From Chrysomallon squamiferum (taxonomy: Eukaryota > Animalia > Mollusca): 64,000 nt of DNA. The stretch is taken from positions 11,222,001 through 11,286,000 of the forward strand of contig CM022679.1 of assembly GCA_012295275.1 (NCBI GenBank), read 5' to 3'. A program made the translations under genes and the position numbers. The notes beneath the pieces were generated by a model. The model was not told the origin of the DNA, made no database searches, and saw only the letters and a list, made by a program, of their open reading frames with translations. Positions 27,301-38,949 of this stretch are shown in pieces; position 1 is the stretch's first letter; each line of letters starts with the position of its first letter.

Positions 27301-28030
27301 ACCTGTTCTTCGCTTGTCACTGGCTTGGAGTGTCCCACGCTTTTGTCAACCCAGTAATATACGTGACAACAGATTCCGAATTCAGGGTAACACATCACAT
27401 TTTTTAGATTGAATATCAGTTAAAATGTATTTGCAAATTTTCTACCAATGTAATATTATCTATCTATCTTACTGTCTTCCTGTCTACATAAAAATATGTC
27501 TGTCCGTCAGTCCTTCTTTCTTTCAATTTAAACATCATTTCTCTCATAATATTTATTTATTTATCATGTATAAATTTACATATCATCTTTTATGAAACTT
27601 TATTAAACACTAATTACACGCAGTATAAATGACGTTCCTCGGTTTAGTGAAAAAATCGGATATAACACTGTAAGTTAACTCGAAAATCAAGTTCATTTTC
27701 TTTTTATTATTGTTATTATTTGTTTGTTTTTTCTTGTCTCATTGTTAATTTATTTTAATTTTTTTTTTTTAGACTAAACTGCTAGAGATATTTATTTCCA
27801 AGAAAGCACCTTTGCGCATAGGACATCTTGGAAGTAGATGCCAAATTAAGAAAAGTTTCATCACTTTAGACACCAGTCCCAAAGGCAAGATGAACTTCAT
27901 ATTTCCAAAGAACATTCCTCTGATAGGCATCAGTGAACTGAAGCACGTCTATATAGGCCCTAGGAACGACCCACCAGTTGACGAGCTGTCCAAAATATTA
28001 TGTGGCGATAATCATATAGACATTGAATGA
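24334..28030 (+). CDS. Class A (rhodopsin-type) neuropeptide GPCR, luqin/RYamide-leucokinin-GPR83-tachykinin clade-like, ~425 aa, 4 exons
   Basis: Exons 24334-24788, 26380-26731, 27174-27386 and 27773-28030 (GT-AG, in phase). Motifs: TM1 GN, TM2 NLAVSD, ECL1 WIFG--MC, DRF split by intron 1, TM4 W, TM5 FIIP, ICL3 W-R-TPGNA---RD, TM6 CWLP, TM7 HWL...NPVIY. The start could alternatively be ATG 24421. The ligand cannot be assigned from sequence alone. Confidence 0.9.
24920..25530 (-). mobile_element. Tigger/pogo (CENP-B-like) transposon 5' fragment in GPCR intron 1
   Basis: Minus-strand remnant RKRRLITKTYKEKYEIIKHCEANPGQKK...FKIPLTTLN...DGEMLIQKTRDFAEQL...DRFKERWGI resembles the psq plus CENP-B helix-turn-helix domains of pogo/Tigger transposases. 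It is interrupted and no DDE domain is seen. Confidence 0.75.
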
Positions 28031-29032
28031 TGTTACATCTGGATCACATCATATGTATTATAATTTATAAAATGTAATATATGTATATATGAATGTATGA
28101 ACATACATGTGTATGTGTGTATGGGTTAGTGTAGGCAGGATTCGTATGAATGTTTGTATGTGTATAGGTGTGTACATACATACATAAAATGTTAATAGTG
28201 TACAGAACATACACATTTTGTATCTACTTAAAATGTTAGAGAGTGTGAGAGAGACAGAAAGAAAGACAGAGAGAGTCAGACAGAGATTACATGTAACATG
28301 CATGCTGGTGCTATGTATTATATCATCATTGACATAATGTACTAACCGAAATTATTTAAGTCACGCACTGCCGCAACATTATTCTTTTCATATAACATAA
28401 TATGACGTCATTTAATCAACTGCATTACATTATTAAATTAACATAAATTATACAAACTCGTCGAAGTTGATTAACGAAAGACGATCGAGGTGATGGACAC
28501 TGTGGACATGATGGACACCACTGATATGGATGTTGCCATCATAGTCCCAGTGACAGTCCCAGTCAACGTTATCTTCACCGCCATTTAAGACTCTTTCGTC
28601 AGTATTACGTTTTTCTTTCTTTTCTTTTTGTTTTTCTTTTTGCGCTTTTATTTATACATTATTTATTTACTTTAAAATTATTATTTATTTATATTAAAAT
28701 TATTATTGTTTATATTATGCCTATTTTTATTTGCTACATTTACAAATGGAATTATGCCAGACAAACCTCAAAACATTCTGAATATTTTCTAAATTAAAAT
28801 ATAATAGTTATGTTTTGAGTTTGTTTAACTTCGCAGTTTGTTCCATTAATATCGAAAATACACATGATTCTGTTTTGTTTTATTTCACCTAATGCAGAAT
28901 ATCAATATTTAACCTGTTGTGCTGTTTTTTTTTAAGTTTCTATTTTTCTTGAAGTTGTTATTTATTTTAATAAAATATTTTAAAACATAAACCATTGAGT
29001 AAGTTGTTTTGTCATTTATCTGAGTGACTAAC

Positions 29033-29704
29033 TGTCACGGGGCCCACACGATTAAACATCTTGGATATTTTATTAAGGCTCAGTCTAGGGTAACAAGGTG
29101 ATTTAATGGTCACCTAACAAAGAATATAAACGCTAAATTAATAGCAATCTACAAAAATCAATAAGTCTATCTATCCACTAGAGAAATAAACACAACACAA
29201 GTTAAGGTTCACGTTGATTATTTAATTATGACATACAGGTGACTTGATAATAATACATTATACAATCATAAAACATACGTTTAAGTAATTTTGATTAATA
29301 ATACGAGTAAGGTCGTACGGGGATCCAAGACAAAATAAGAATCTGCACGGAGGTCGTATTAAACAATTAAAATTTTAGGTATAATAAATGTTACTGACAC
29401 AGATTAATTGCAGATTACACCCTATCAAAACAAGAATAGACAATCGCTTACCACACTCGTCCATAAAGACAGTCATTAAAAAACATTGGTTTTCGCGCCT
29501 GACTGAGCTTTCGTATTGACCTTTTCCTTCGCTGCTTAATTACCAAATAAGGCCATGCAGTTGAAAAATTGGCAGAAACAATGAAAAAGAGCGGATGTGA
29601 ATGTAGTTACAATTAGTTACGCAATTTCAATTCCACAGCATATAAATAAAAAGCACGGATGTCACTGAAGTAACAATTTGTTACGCAATCTGAAATCCGT
29701 GACA
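29033..29704 (-). mobile_element. Solo LTR (672 bp) of an LTR retrotransposon
   Basis: Begins TGTCACGG and ends CCGTGACA (8-bp terminal inverted repeat, TG...CA). Flanks ctaac / ctgac look like a 5-bp TSD with one mismatch. There is an AATAAA on the minus strand ~40 bp from the left end. Confidence 0.75.
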
Positions 29705-30945
29705 CTGACTAGTTGACATTATTGTCCTATTTTCCCCGCTTCCAAACTGAGATAATTATTTAGCAATCCGACGTGTGTTCTTTTGCAACTTTTGTAATAT
29801 TTTTATAAGCGACGTCATTGATCTTCTTCGAACCAGTGAAACATTATTTCGTTTTTTTTTTTACTGTAATTTGTATGAAAGAATGTTAAAGAAAGTCAGT
29901 TTTGGAAATCTCTCCAGGAGGTCGTATTTTCAAACCTAATTGTTTGTTACAGACGCGCAATATACATCAGAACTATTCAATAACTCAAGGGCTAGGAGAT
30001 AGGAAAGAAAACTGTAACATCCATCAAAGGAATAAGTGTATGCAATAATGTCTGTAACATTACTAGAATCCAGAAAAGTCTTTATTACTGTCTTTATCAA
30101 CTTTAGCAATAAAAATGTTTGATTAATTACTAGTGTCAGATGTAGAATGATCTCCATTTTTTTTTTTTTTTTTTTTTGTCTTTGACTTGACAGTTACTTG
30201 ATGACATTACTGTTAGAATAACTGCAGGTTGCTGCATGACAGTAAAAGGAACAAGTCAGTGGATACACTGGTAAATCATCCAAGGCTTCGATATAATTTT
30301 GAATATCTGTGAAAGTTGAGTCAGTCCACCCAATCATGCATTAAAATGTGTTTTTATCAGAACCGCAGCGGACCAAATACTTCTTATACCGACACAGAAT
30401 AACATAATATAAAACCCGTCACACATACATTTATATAAGAGTTTTCATTATTCTTTTATTTTCAAGCTAAATTATTACCGGTAGTCTTCTTTGGCCTATT
30501 CACCTTCACTCCAAGAGAAAATATTTATTTGTACGATTTAAAGGTTTCAGACATTTTTCTTACTGTAATGTCCATCACCGTGGAATAATCCATAGAGTTT
30601 GTAAATCAGTTCTGAACAATAATCTAAACCAGAGTAACAACAAAACACGGTTGAATAAAAATACTCTTGTACCATGTTCAACACAGTATAAGTTAATCCT
30701 GCAAGAAAAGTGGCGACAGTTTTACTAAAATCTCCTAATGGGTTATAGGTTTTATAATGCTCAAATGATATCGAATTATTTCACATTTATTACTGAGGAG
30801 TACCTATACATTTATTTACCTCCAAATTGTTTGTGACTAATGATAAGTATTTGCTAACAAAAAAAAAAAAAAAAAAAAAAACATGACAGTAAGAAATTGA
30901 TAATTTACCTCCTTTGAGTCGTCAATTAACTGTTATAAATACTCA

Positions 30946-30980
30946 TACACACACACACACACACGTACATATATACATGC

Positions 30981-31044
<64 letters not shown>

Positions 31045-31110
31045 TCATACATATATATATATATATTCATACATACATATTTGTACACACACACACACAC
31101 ACACACACAC
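30946..31110. repeat. Compound microsatellite (CA)n-(CT)n-(TA)n-(CA)n
   Basis: Directly visible dinucleotide runs. Confidence 0.9.
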
Positions 31111-32248
31111 TTATACAAACACAAACATATATACTCACATATTTGATTTTCGTATTATCAGTCACAGTTTGATTTCTGTCTACGAAAAATAGAGAAAATG
31201 TCAGCGTCTGTGATTTTGCAGTAGCGTATGATTTTATTGTCAACTTTCACTATTACTAAGCATTGTTTACTAAAACAACACAAATACACACAAACCTATA
31301 TAATAATTATATGTGCATCTTTAATGTATTTATTAATAGAACAGTCACACTGACTTACACTGAATCAGTGCGATTCTGAGAAACGAGTTATCTCGCTTGA
31401 TTACGAAATGACCTGTGACATTGGATGCGAAGTTCAGTTATCATATAACGTGAGCTCACGATCTAGGTTTGTGTACATTTTTTTTCAGCCATAATTTTGT
31501 TTTGTTTTGTGTTCTAATATTTCTCTTTACTGTAAATATTATTTGGCAACATGTTCCACCTTTTTGCAGAGCAATCCGTTTTGGTTAACCATAACATAAC
31601 TTTAATGTGACATAGAGCATACAACACACACAAACACACACACACACATACACACACACATATTGTTTACGAGGACATACGATAAACAGAAAGCCTTTTT
31701 ATTCTTTGGCCCTTTTTTTTTTTTTTTTTTTTTATCTTCTTCCCTACAATCCAAAAAACTTTCTTCTTCTTCTTTTCTTCTTCTCATTATTATTATTATT
31801 ATTATTTTTTATTATTATTATTGTTATTATTATTATTATTTTTTATTATTATTATTTGTTGTTGTTGTTGTTGTTGTTGTTCTTCTTCTTCTTCTTAACA
31901 TTTCGTTAATAACTAATTTGTTCCAAAGTTTGGTAAATAAAAAAACACATTATGCATATTATAAAATGCTTCATAAAATTAAACTGTTGCATGTATAATA
32001 AGGGACATAACTCGGTGATAAACTGCTCTATTTAAAATGAATTGTTTCAAATACAGCTCATATAATCTTTCTTTAAAACTAAATTAAAGAAATATCTCCA
32101 AGTCTGTTATTATTACTAAAATATGAATTTTTTAAAATTTTTATAATTATGTTGTTTGCATTTTTTTCAGTCCTAAATCTCACGCAACCGAAAAATAACT
32201 GACGAATATATAGCAGAAACAATAATAAATACAAGAATTCGAAAAGCG

Positions 32249-32587
32249 ATGAAGGTACTAGAAGCTGTTTCACTTCATGCTTTTGAGTTTTTGTATTTGG
32301 TAGCACTGGCTTTTCTTCCTTTTGTACTACTTCTGCCGGGTGTCTTATATTTTATCTTTGTTTTGATTGGCTTATGGATCGTTTTTTACTCCATTAAAAA
32401 GCTAACAACAAAATACGTGGACGTATTTGGAAAGACCATTCTCATTACTGGCTGTGATTCAGGTAGGAACTGAACACATAAGTACAATAATTAAATAACT
32501 CAACAGAGAAAGAGAGAGAAAGAAATGGAGTTGTTGGGGATCCTAATTCGAAAAAGAAAGGGACAAATTTAATCACCGTCTCTCTCA

Positions 32588-32648
<61 letters not shown>

Positions 32649-35600
32649 CCTTCATTGATCATAATAATCAGGTGCAACAAAATAACTGAGAGCATTGTGA
32701 GTAAGAACTGTCATTAAGAAACACTTTGCCCGAATTACCCAAATTAATATGGGACAACAGTAACTAATTAACGGTCTCTAATAATCACCGTACCATTGAC
32801 AATAATATTAGCAATTGTTAATAAAAATATTAGACTCATTTTATAATAAACTAGCCATTTTGAAACAAAAATGGGTTTTTATTTGTTTTTTTAAAACTTG
32901 GTACCCATTTTGAAATGATATATTAGCGTTATAAACTGGTGAACAGACAGACATTGTTGTATGTTATGGTGGGATGTGACTCATGTGCTATGCGTTATTC
33001 GCAGATTCCAACCTTCTCGGTCGATTTGATTAAGTAAGACTTCTTTTTTACCCGAACGAGTGCTGTACGACTGACTAGTACGCCAAAGTTATGATGTACG
33101 TGCCCTTAAATCTGTCTCTCTATTTGTCTAAAGTCTAATATACAATGGACTGATAGAAAGACAGCTAGACAGACAGACAGACATACAGACACATACGAAT
33201 ATAATGTGTGTATGTATGTATGAATGTATGTACGTATGTATGAATGTATGTGTAAGCAAACTATTTTATCGAACTGTTTGTTTTGTTTGTTTGTTTGTTG
33301 TTTTTTTTTTTTTTTTTTTGCACAGATTGTCATCAGACACTAATGAAATATTCACATGAAAATAGAGACGATGTATTTAAGCCAGTATTTCGCTGTTGCA
33401 CCGGTACACTTTAAAACACTATCATTTTTAGCAAATGTACATTAGACATAATTAAAGGATGCTACCAATACAAAAAAGTATTCTCAGTTATACAGTTGTT
33501 TTTGTATAGGTTTTGGCAACGCTCTGGCGAAAAGACTCGATTTATTAGGATTTACTGTGTTTGCTGCTTGTCTAAACAAGGACAGTGATGGAGCAAAACG
33601 TCTACAGGATGATTCGTCAGACAGACTGCACATTCTAGAACTGGACATCACAAAAGATGAATCCATCAAACAGTGTTTTGAGAAGGTTAAGGAATACTGT
33701 GGAAACACGGGTATCTAGTAGACCTACATACGATATTAAAGCAGGACGAGTCATATTCAAAAATGAAAATAAATGTTTGAAAATGTTTCTGATTCAAAAT
33801 GTTAATGTCAGTAATTATAATGGTTATACGACGAACTGTTTAAAGCATCGAAAATAAATATGGAATGCAGGTTTGAAAATATCTAGCATCTGCTACAAAA
33901 TTTAACACAAAGCTGATGTCATTCGTTGACATCTCTAATTAAAGGATCCATTATATTACAAAGAAATTTGAATGAAAGTAATTCTAAAAATGCCTAGCAG
34001 TTGTCCTGAATATCTAAATATCTTTGGCAAAATACACCTGAATACAGAAATCAAAATAATAAGAAGAAGAAGAAGAAAAAGAAGAAGAAGAAGAAAAAGA
34101 AGAAGAAGAAGAAGAAGAAGAAGGAAAAGAAGAAGCAGAAGAAGAAGAAGACTCAGTAAAAGCAATGCAAGAAAACCTATCTATCTTTAATTTTTTTTAT
34201 ATACTGATTAATTAAATCATGTAATAACTAAAATAGACACACGTGAAAAACGTTTACGAATTATTTTTTTAAACTTATTTTTTATTTCATTTAGGTTTAT
34301 GGTCTCTTGTTAATAACGCTGCAGTAAATTATATCGGCGATGTAGAATTCTGCACAATGGAGGCTTTCCGAAGAGTCAGCGAAGTGAATCTTTTTGGAAC
34401 CATAAACATAACCAAACAATTTATTCCGTTAATAAGGAAAGCAAAAGGTGTGTTCTGCAAGAATTCTTATAAATCAAGAGATAAAGAAAATAAAAGACTT
34501 TGAAAACTGTAGAATGGTTTATTATCTTATTTCAAAAACTAACATTTTGATAAAATTAACATGTTACAAAAAAAATAAAAAAAATAAAAAAAATTAAAAT
34601 TAAAACATAAATTAATATGAAATCGAGAAAAATGACATGATTAAGATAATGTTCCCTATAAGGTTATCATTGTAGTGTTTCTTTTTGTTTTAAGGGCGCA
34701 TAGTCATGGTAACAAGTGCCCAGGGAAGGCTTGCTGTTCCTTCTAACTCTGCCTATGCGGTAACCAAATATGGGCTGGAGTGTTTCTCCGATATTCTACG
34801 TCTTGAACTTGAATGTTTTCAAATAAAAGTAGTTCTAGTTGAGCCTGGAAATTTTGGTGGATCCACAGGAATGCTAAGTCCACTTGCCGTATGATTTCAT
34901 CTTAATCTCTTCCTCTTTCTTTCTTTCTCTCTCTCCTTCTCTCCCTTTCCTTCTCTCCCCGTCTGTCTGCGAAACTCTCTATCAATTTTATTTTAATTTA
35001 ATTTAGGTTTTTAAAATGTATATTTAGCTTGAAATATGTTTAAAGTTCGGTTGTTGTTTTTTTCGAATATTCTTTATTTACGAATTTTTGTATTGATGAT
35101 GAATAGTGAAAACTAGCACCCAGTACAGTATAGAACTAACTCATTTTTGATTTTATTTATTCGCTTATTAATTTTTTAGAATGAAACTGATATTTGTCTT
35201 AGGCTATGAATATTTAATTCTCCTTTCATTTAGAAGACAGCTAAAAAGAAACAATATTAATAAATAAATAATATTCTTCTTGTCTACGAAAGAAATAATC
35301 TTTTTCTGTATACACTCCCAGTCCTTTTCAGTATTAGCTCTGTTTGTTTGATTATATATATATATATAAAAGTCGCAAGATCTATTCTCTGCGTGGTTCT
35401 CACCTGACTATTTCCCGTTTCAACCAGTGCCGCACTAACAGTTTATCATTTTATGGTTTTTAAATAAAGATGCATATAAAAGATCTAATTCAGTCTATCG
35501 AAATAAAAACAAAAAAAATTCAACTAACTGAAATGTTGTCTAACGTTTATCACCCAGCTGTCACGTATTGAAGGTGAGTTTTCAAACATGTGGAAAGAAT

Positions 35601-36597
35601 CAAACGACGACGTTAAAACGGCGTACGGCAAAGAGTATCTAGACAGTCAGTTCAAATCAGTCGTGCAGGCGGCGGGAACGGCTGCTCCGAGTATCATCCC
35701 CGTTGTAGATGCCATGGAAGACGCCGTGACTAGTTTTTCACCATACATAAGATATCTTGTCGATGGTGATAAGAACTGGTACGACCATGCTAATGTAAGT
35801 ATATGTATACGTAAATAAGGTATGTATATAAATAAATAGTGTAATTATATGTATATATATATATAAGCAATGTTAGTGTATATATAAACAATGTTAGTAT
35901 ATGTGTATAAACAATGTAAGTATATAGGTATCAACAATGTAAGAATAATTGCAAAAAAAATGTATGTATATATATGAAGAATGTAAATGTATATATAAAC
36001 AATGTTAGTGTATGTATATAAACAATGTAAGTATATAGGTATAAACAATATAAGATTAATTGTAAAAATGTGTGTGTGTGTATATATATATTTGTGTTGG
36101 TTTTTTGTATCTACATTGGTAAATTTGTGTAAGTTTGTATGCGTTTAGCTGTGTTTAAATGGTTTTGTGTGTGTATTAGGTCCTGTAAGTGTGTATGTGC
36201 CTGTCGAGCCTTCTTTAACTTGCATTACTTTAGCATTATTTATTTATTTATTTATTTATTTTTATTCACTTTTGTATTTATTTATCTATATACTTACTGT
36301 AATCAAAGGTTTTCCTGACATATATTTCTTATGTCTTTTAACCATCTGAACTAACAAGTAATAAAAAAAATATATATATATGGACTAAGAAACGAGTAAT
36401 CAAAGTTGTGTCTCATTGCTATGTGGTCATTTTTAATACTACATTTGACAAATAACAATAACATAATATATATTATTGTTCTTCTTTTACAGTTTTTGAT
36501 CAGAATTCGTCCATTTATTCCCGACACATTTCTGGACTACCTGGTGAAAAGATTTGCTATTAACAGAAGACCAAAACCAGTTCTCGCTTTCAAATGA
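32249..36597 (+). CDS. Short-chain dehydrogenase/reductase, SDR9C family (D-beta-hydroxybutyrate dehydrogenase BDH1 / retinol dehydrogenase-like), ~367 aa, 6 exons, N-terminal membrane anchor
   Basis: Exons 32249-32462, 33510-33710, 34295-34447, 34695-34888, 35558-35794 and 36493-36597 (GT-AG, in phase, 1104 nt). Motifs: ILITGCDSGFG, GFTVFAACL, LDIT, GLWSLVNNA, EVNLFG, GRIVMVTS, catalytic YAVTK, SDILRLEL, VEPGNF, YGKEY. Confidence 0.93.
34061..34150. repeat. (AAG)n microsatellite
   Basis: Visible trinucleotide run in SDR intron 2. Confidence 0.9.
35867..36063. repeat. Degenerate tandem duplication (aacaatgttagt...aacaatgtaagtatataggtat units) in SDR intron 5
   Basis: Copies at ~35887-35950 and ~35998-36063, with internal ~21-bp subrepeats. 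Confidence 0.7.
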
Positions 36598-38949
36598 ACA
36601 TTTCAGTCTGTAACAGTGACAAAAAGATACCTATAGCTTAATGGGACTTTCATTTTACTCTTTTTCCTTTGTTTTCGTTTGCTTCTTCTTCTGTTGTTAC
36701 TAATAAAAACATTTTATTTTTTATTTATGTATTTGTTTTGGTTTTGGTTTTAAATCAAATTATACACCTAGGTGGTTTCAGTAAACGCATAATGTGGAAG
36801 TGTTACAGTCAATTCATATTTGACGTTAATCTTTCTATTATTTTAATTTTTCAATATTCTTTTTTTTTCTTTTAAACTGTAATTATAATTATCATTGTTA
36901 TTGTTGTTCTTCTTGCTAATATTATTAGCGCAGTCAAATCAGCCGACATCTGATTTTGATGTTATAATGAGTTGGGTGGTATGAAATAAGATATGCACCA
37001 AATCTTAGTACTGGTCGAAACGTATCCCAGTGCTTGACCAGATGTCACAGAACATAAAAAAAAAAAAAAAAACAATTGTGAATATATAAATAAAAAATAA
37101 ACCATAATAAGAGCGAAAAAAAAAAAAAAAAAAAAACTGAGTTATTTTGATCGTTAAAGTAAACTGGTAAGTATTGACGAACGAACTTAAGAACAAAGAA
37201 TAATGATAATCGTTGATCCATGGCCTGAATTCTTCATAATCACTTTGAAGAATTGCGTGATAGGTGTTTGTTCTTAAGTTACTGATATCAAGGATCATTT
37301 ATTATTATCATCATCATCATCATCATTATTATTATCATCATCGTCATCATCATCATTATTATTACTACTACTACGACTATTAATGCTACTACTACTACTA
37401 CTACTACTACTTTACAATATGATTCTAACATAGACCTAAATAAATTTAATACAACTGCAAGTGATCCTTCACCTAATAATTTATGACAGTAATAATTAAA
37501 ATAGAATTAAAGAAACGATTTCCTTCATTAAACCGAATAAGAACATTTTATATCTTTTTCCGTATTATATGTTTCTAATAAACTACCTTTTTCCCTATCC
37601 TACTTTCCTTTATTCATTCTTCTCATCTCCAAATTTCCTTTTCTTCCTTTTTCCTTTCTTTCTTTTTTTTTCCCACTCTTTTTCCCCTTTCTTAACCCTA
37701 GTTAAATCGTTTTTTTTTTTTTTTTTTTTTTTTTTTTTCTTTCCTTTCCAGTGAATAGGATTGCTATCTTAGAAAGAAAAAGTAAGTTATTTTACTTACA
37801 CATTAGAATAAATTTTAGTAATAAATAATGACAGATAATGTTCTATGGTAATTGTTTTGTGTTCTAAATATGTATAAATATTGTAATTTATGCGTTTTAT
37901 ATATATATATATATATATACTAGTTCAGATTGACATCAGTGACTATAATTATAGTCTGTTAAAATTATTTAGTTAATTTATACTGATTATTTAGTTGAGC
38001 TCTGTGAATAATCATCATTATTATTAAAGAGGATTGCAAAGGGCGACAACATTTTAAAATATATGTAATATATCTAGGTTCCTTGTTAGCCTGAGAATCC
38101 GAATAGGATTTGTCATACAATGACTGTGTGATTGAAACACTAACAATTTATTGTGTTATCTGACACATTAAAATACAACTGTAATAAAATAATGATAAAA
38201 ACTTCTAAATTTAAACTTTACAAAACAAAATGGTTTCCTTTTTATTTGTCATAAGCACTTAGGTAGATTCGCCACACACACACCCACGTTCACACTAACG
38301 CACGCACGCACACACCACACTGGTCTTTCTTTCTTTCTTCTAAGAAGACGAAATTTAATTTTAACTTAAGAGTCATGTCCTGTAAATTATCGACGCTCCC
38401 ATTTTTCAAACATACATCCAATCCTGTCTGAATTTTTCCGTGAATTTTATGAATCGAAAAATATTCTTACGCAACCCGGACTTTCTTCTTTCATTCAATC
38501 ACTTTTTTTTAATTTATTTTTTATAACATTTATATTGTAGCTGTCTGCTATTTACAGAGAATTATATTTAAACCTGAACGTTTTTTTTTTGTTTTTTTTT
38601 TCCCCGGAAATATTACACTTTTGAATTTACTAAGAATTATATAAATTGTTTTTTCTTCCGCGTGTGGGTTTCTCAGGAAAACAGTTAAATAAAATATCAC
38701 CTAACCCACTCTTTGTAAAATTATATTTATATGTCACTATGAGTCATTCTATTCGCACGTCATATTGTAGGATTTGTTATATGAATTACTGGTATTGAAG
38801 TAATGGAAGTAGTAATTATGATGGTTGTAGTAGAATCAATAATTGTGATGTTATTATTGTTAATAGTAGCAATAATGCTATTAGTAGTAGTAGTAATAGT
38901 ATTAATACTAGTAGTAGCAGAGGCCTAGTTTGCTCTATGTTTTGCAAAT

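Noticed and set aside
33711-33720. SDR intron 2 donor GTATCTAG as a second U12 intron
   Set aside because: It lacks the CCT core of RTATCCTT and has an ordinary T-rich acceptor, so I treated it as U2.
30914-34190. Poly-Ile/Leu/Arg/Tyr and HT-repeat ORFs here and at 48135-53169 and 61172
   Set aside because: They are translations of microsatellites, not genes.
35380-35505. SINE-like remnant (ctatttcccgtttcaaccagtgc...tgcatataaaagatc), plus similar repeat-like stretches at 62500-62740 and 63870-64000
   Set aside because: They are reminiscent of gastropod interspersed repeats but too degraded to define boundaries or family without a library search.
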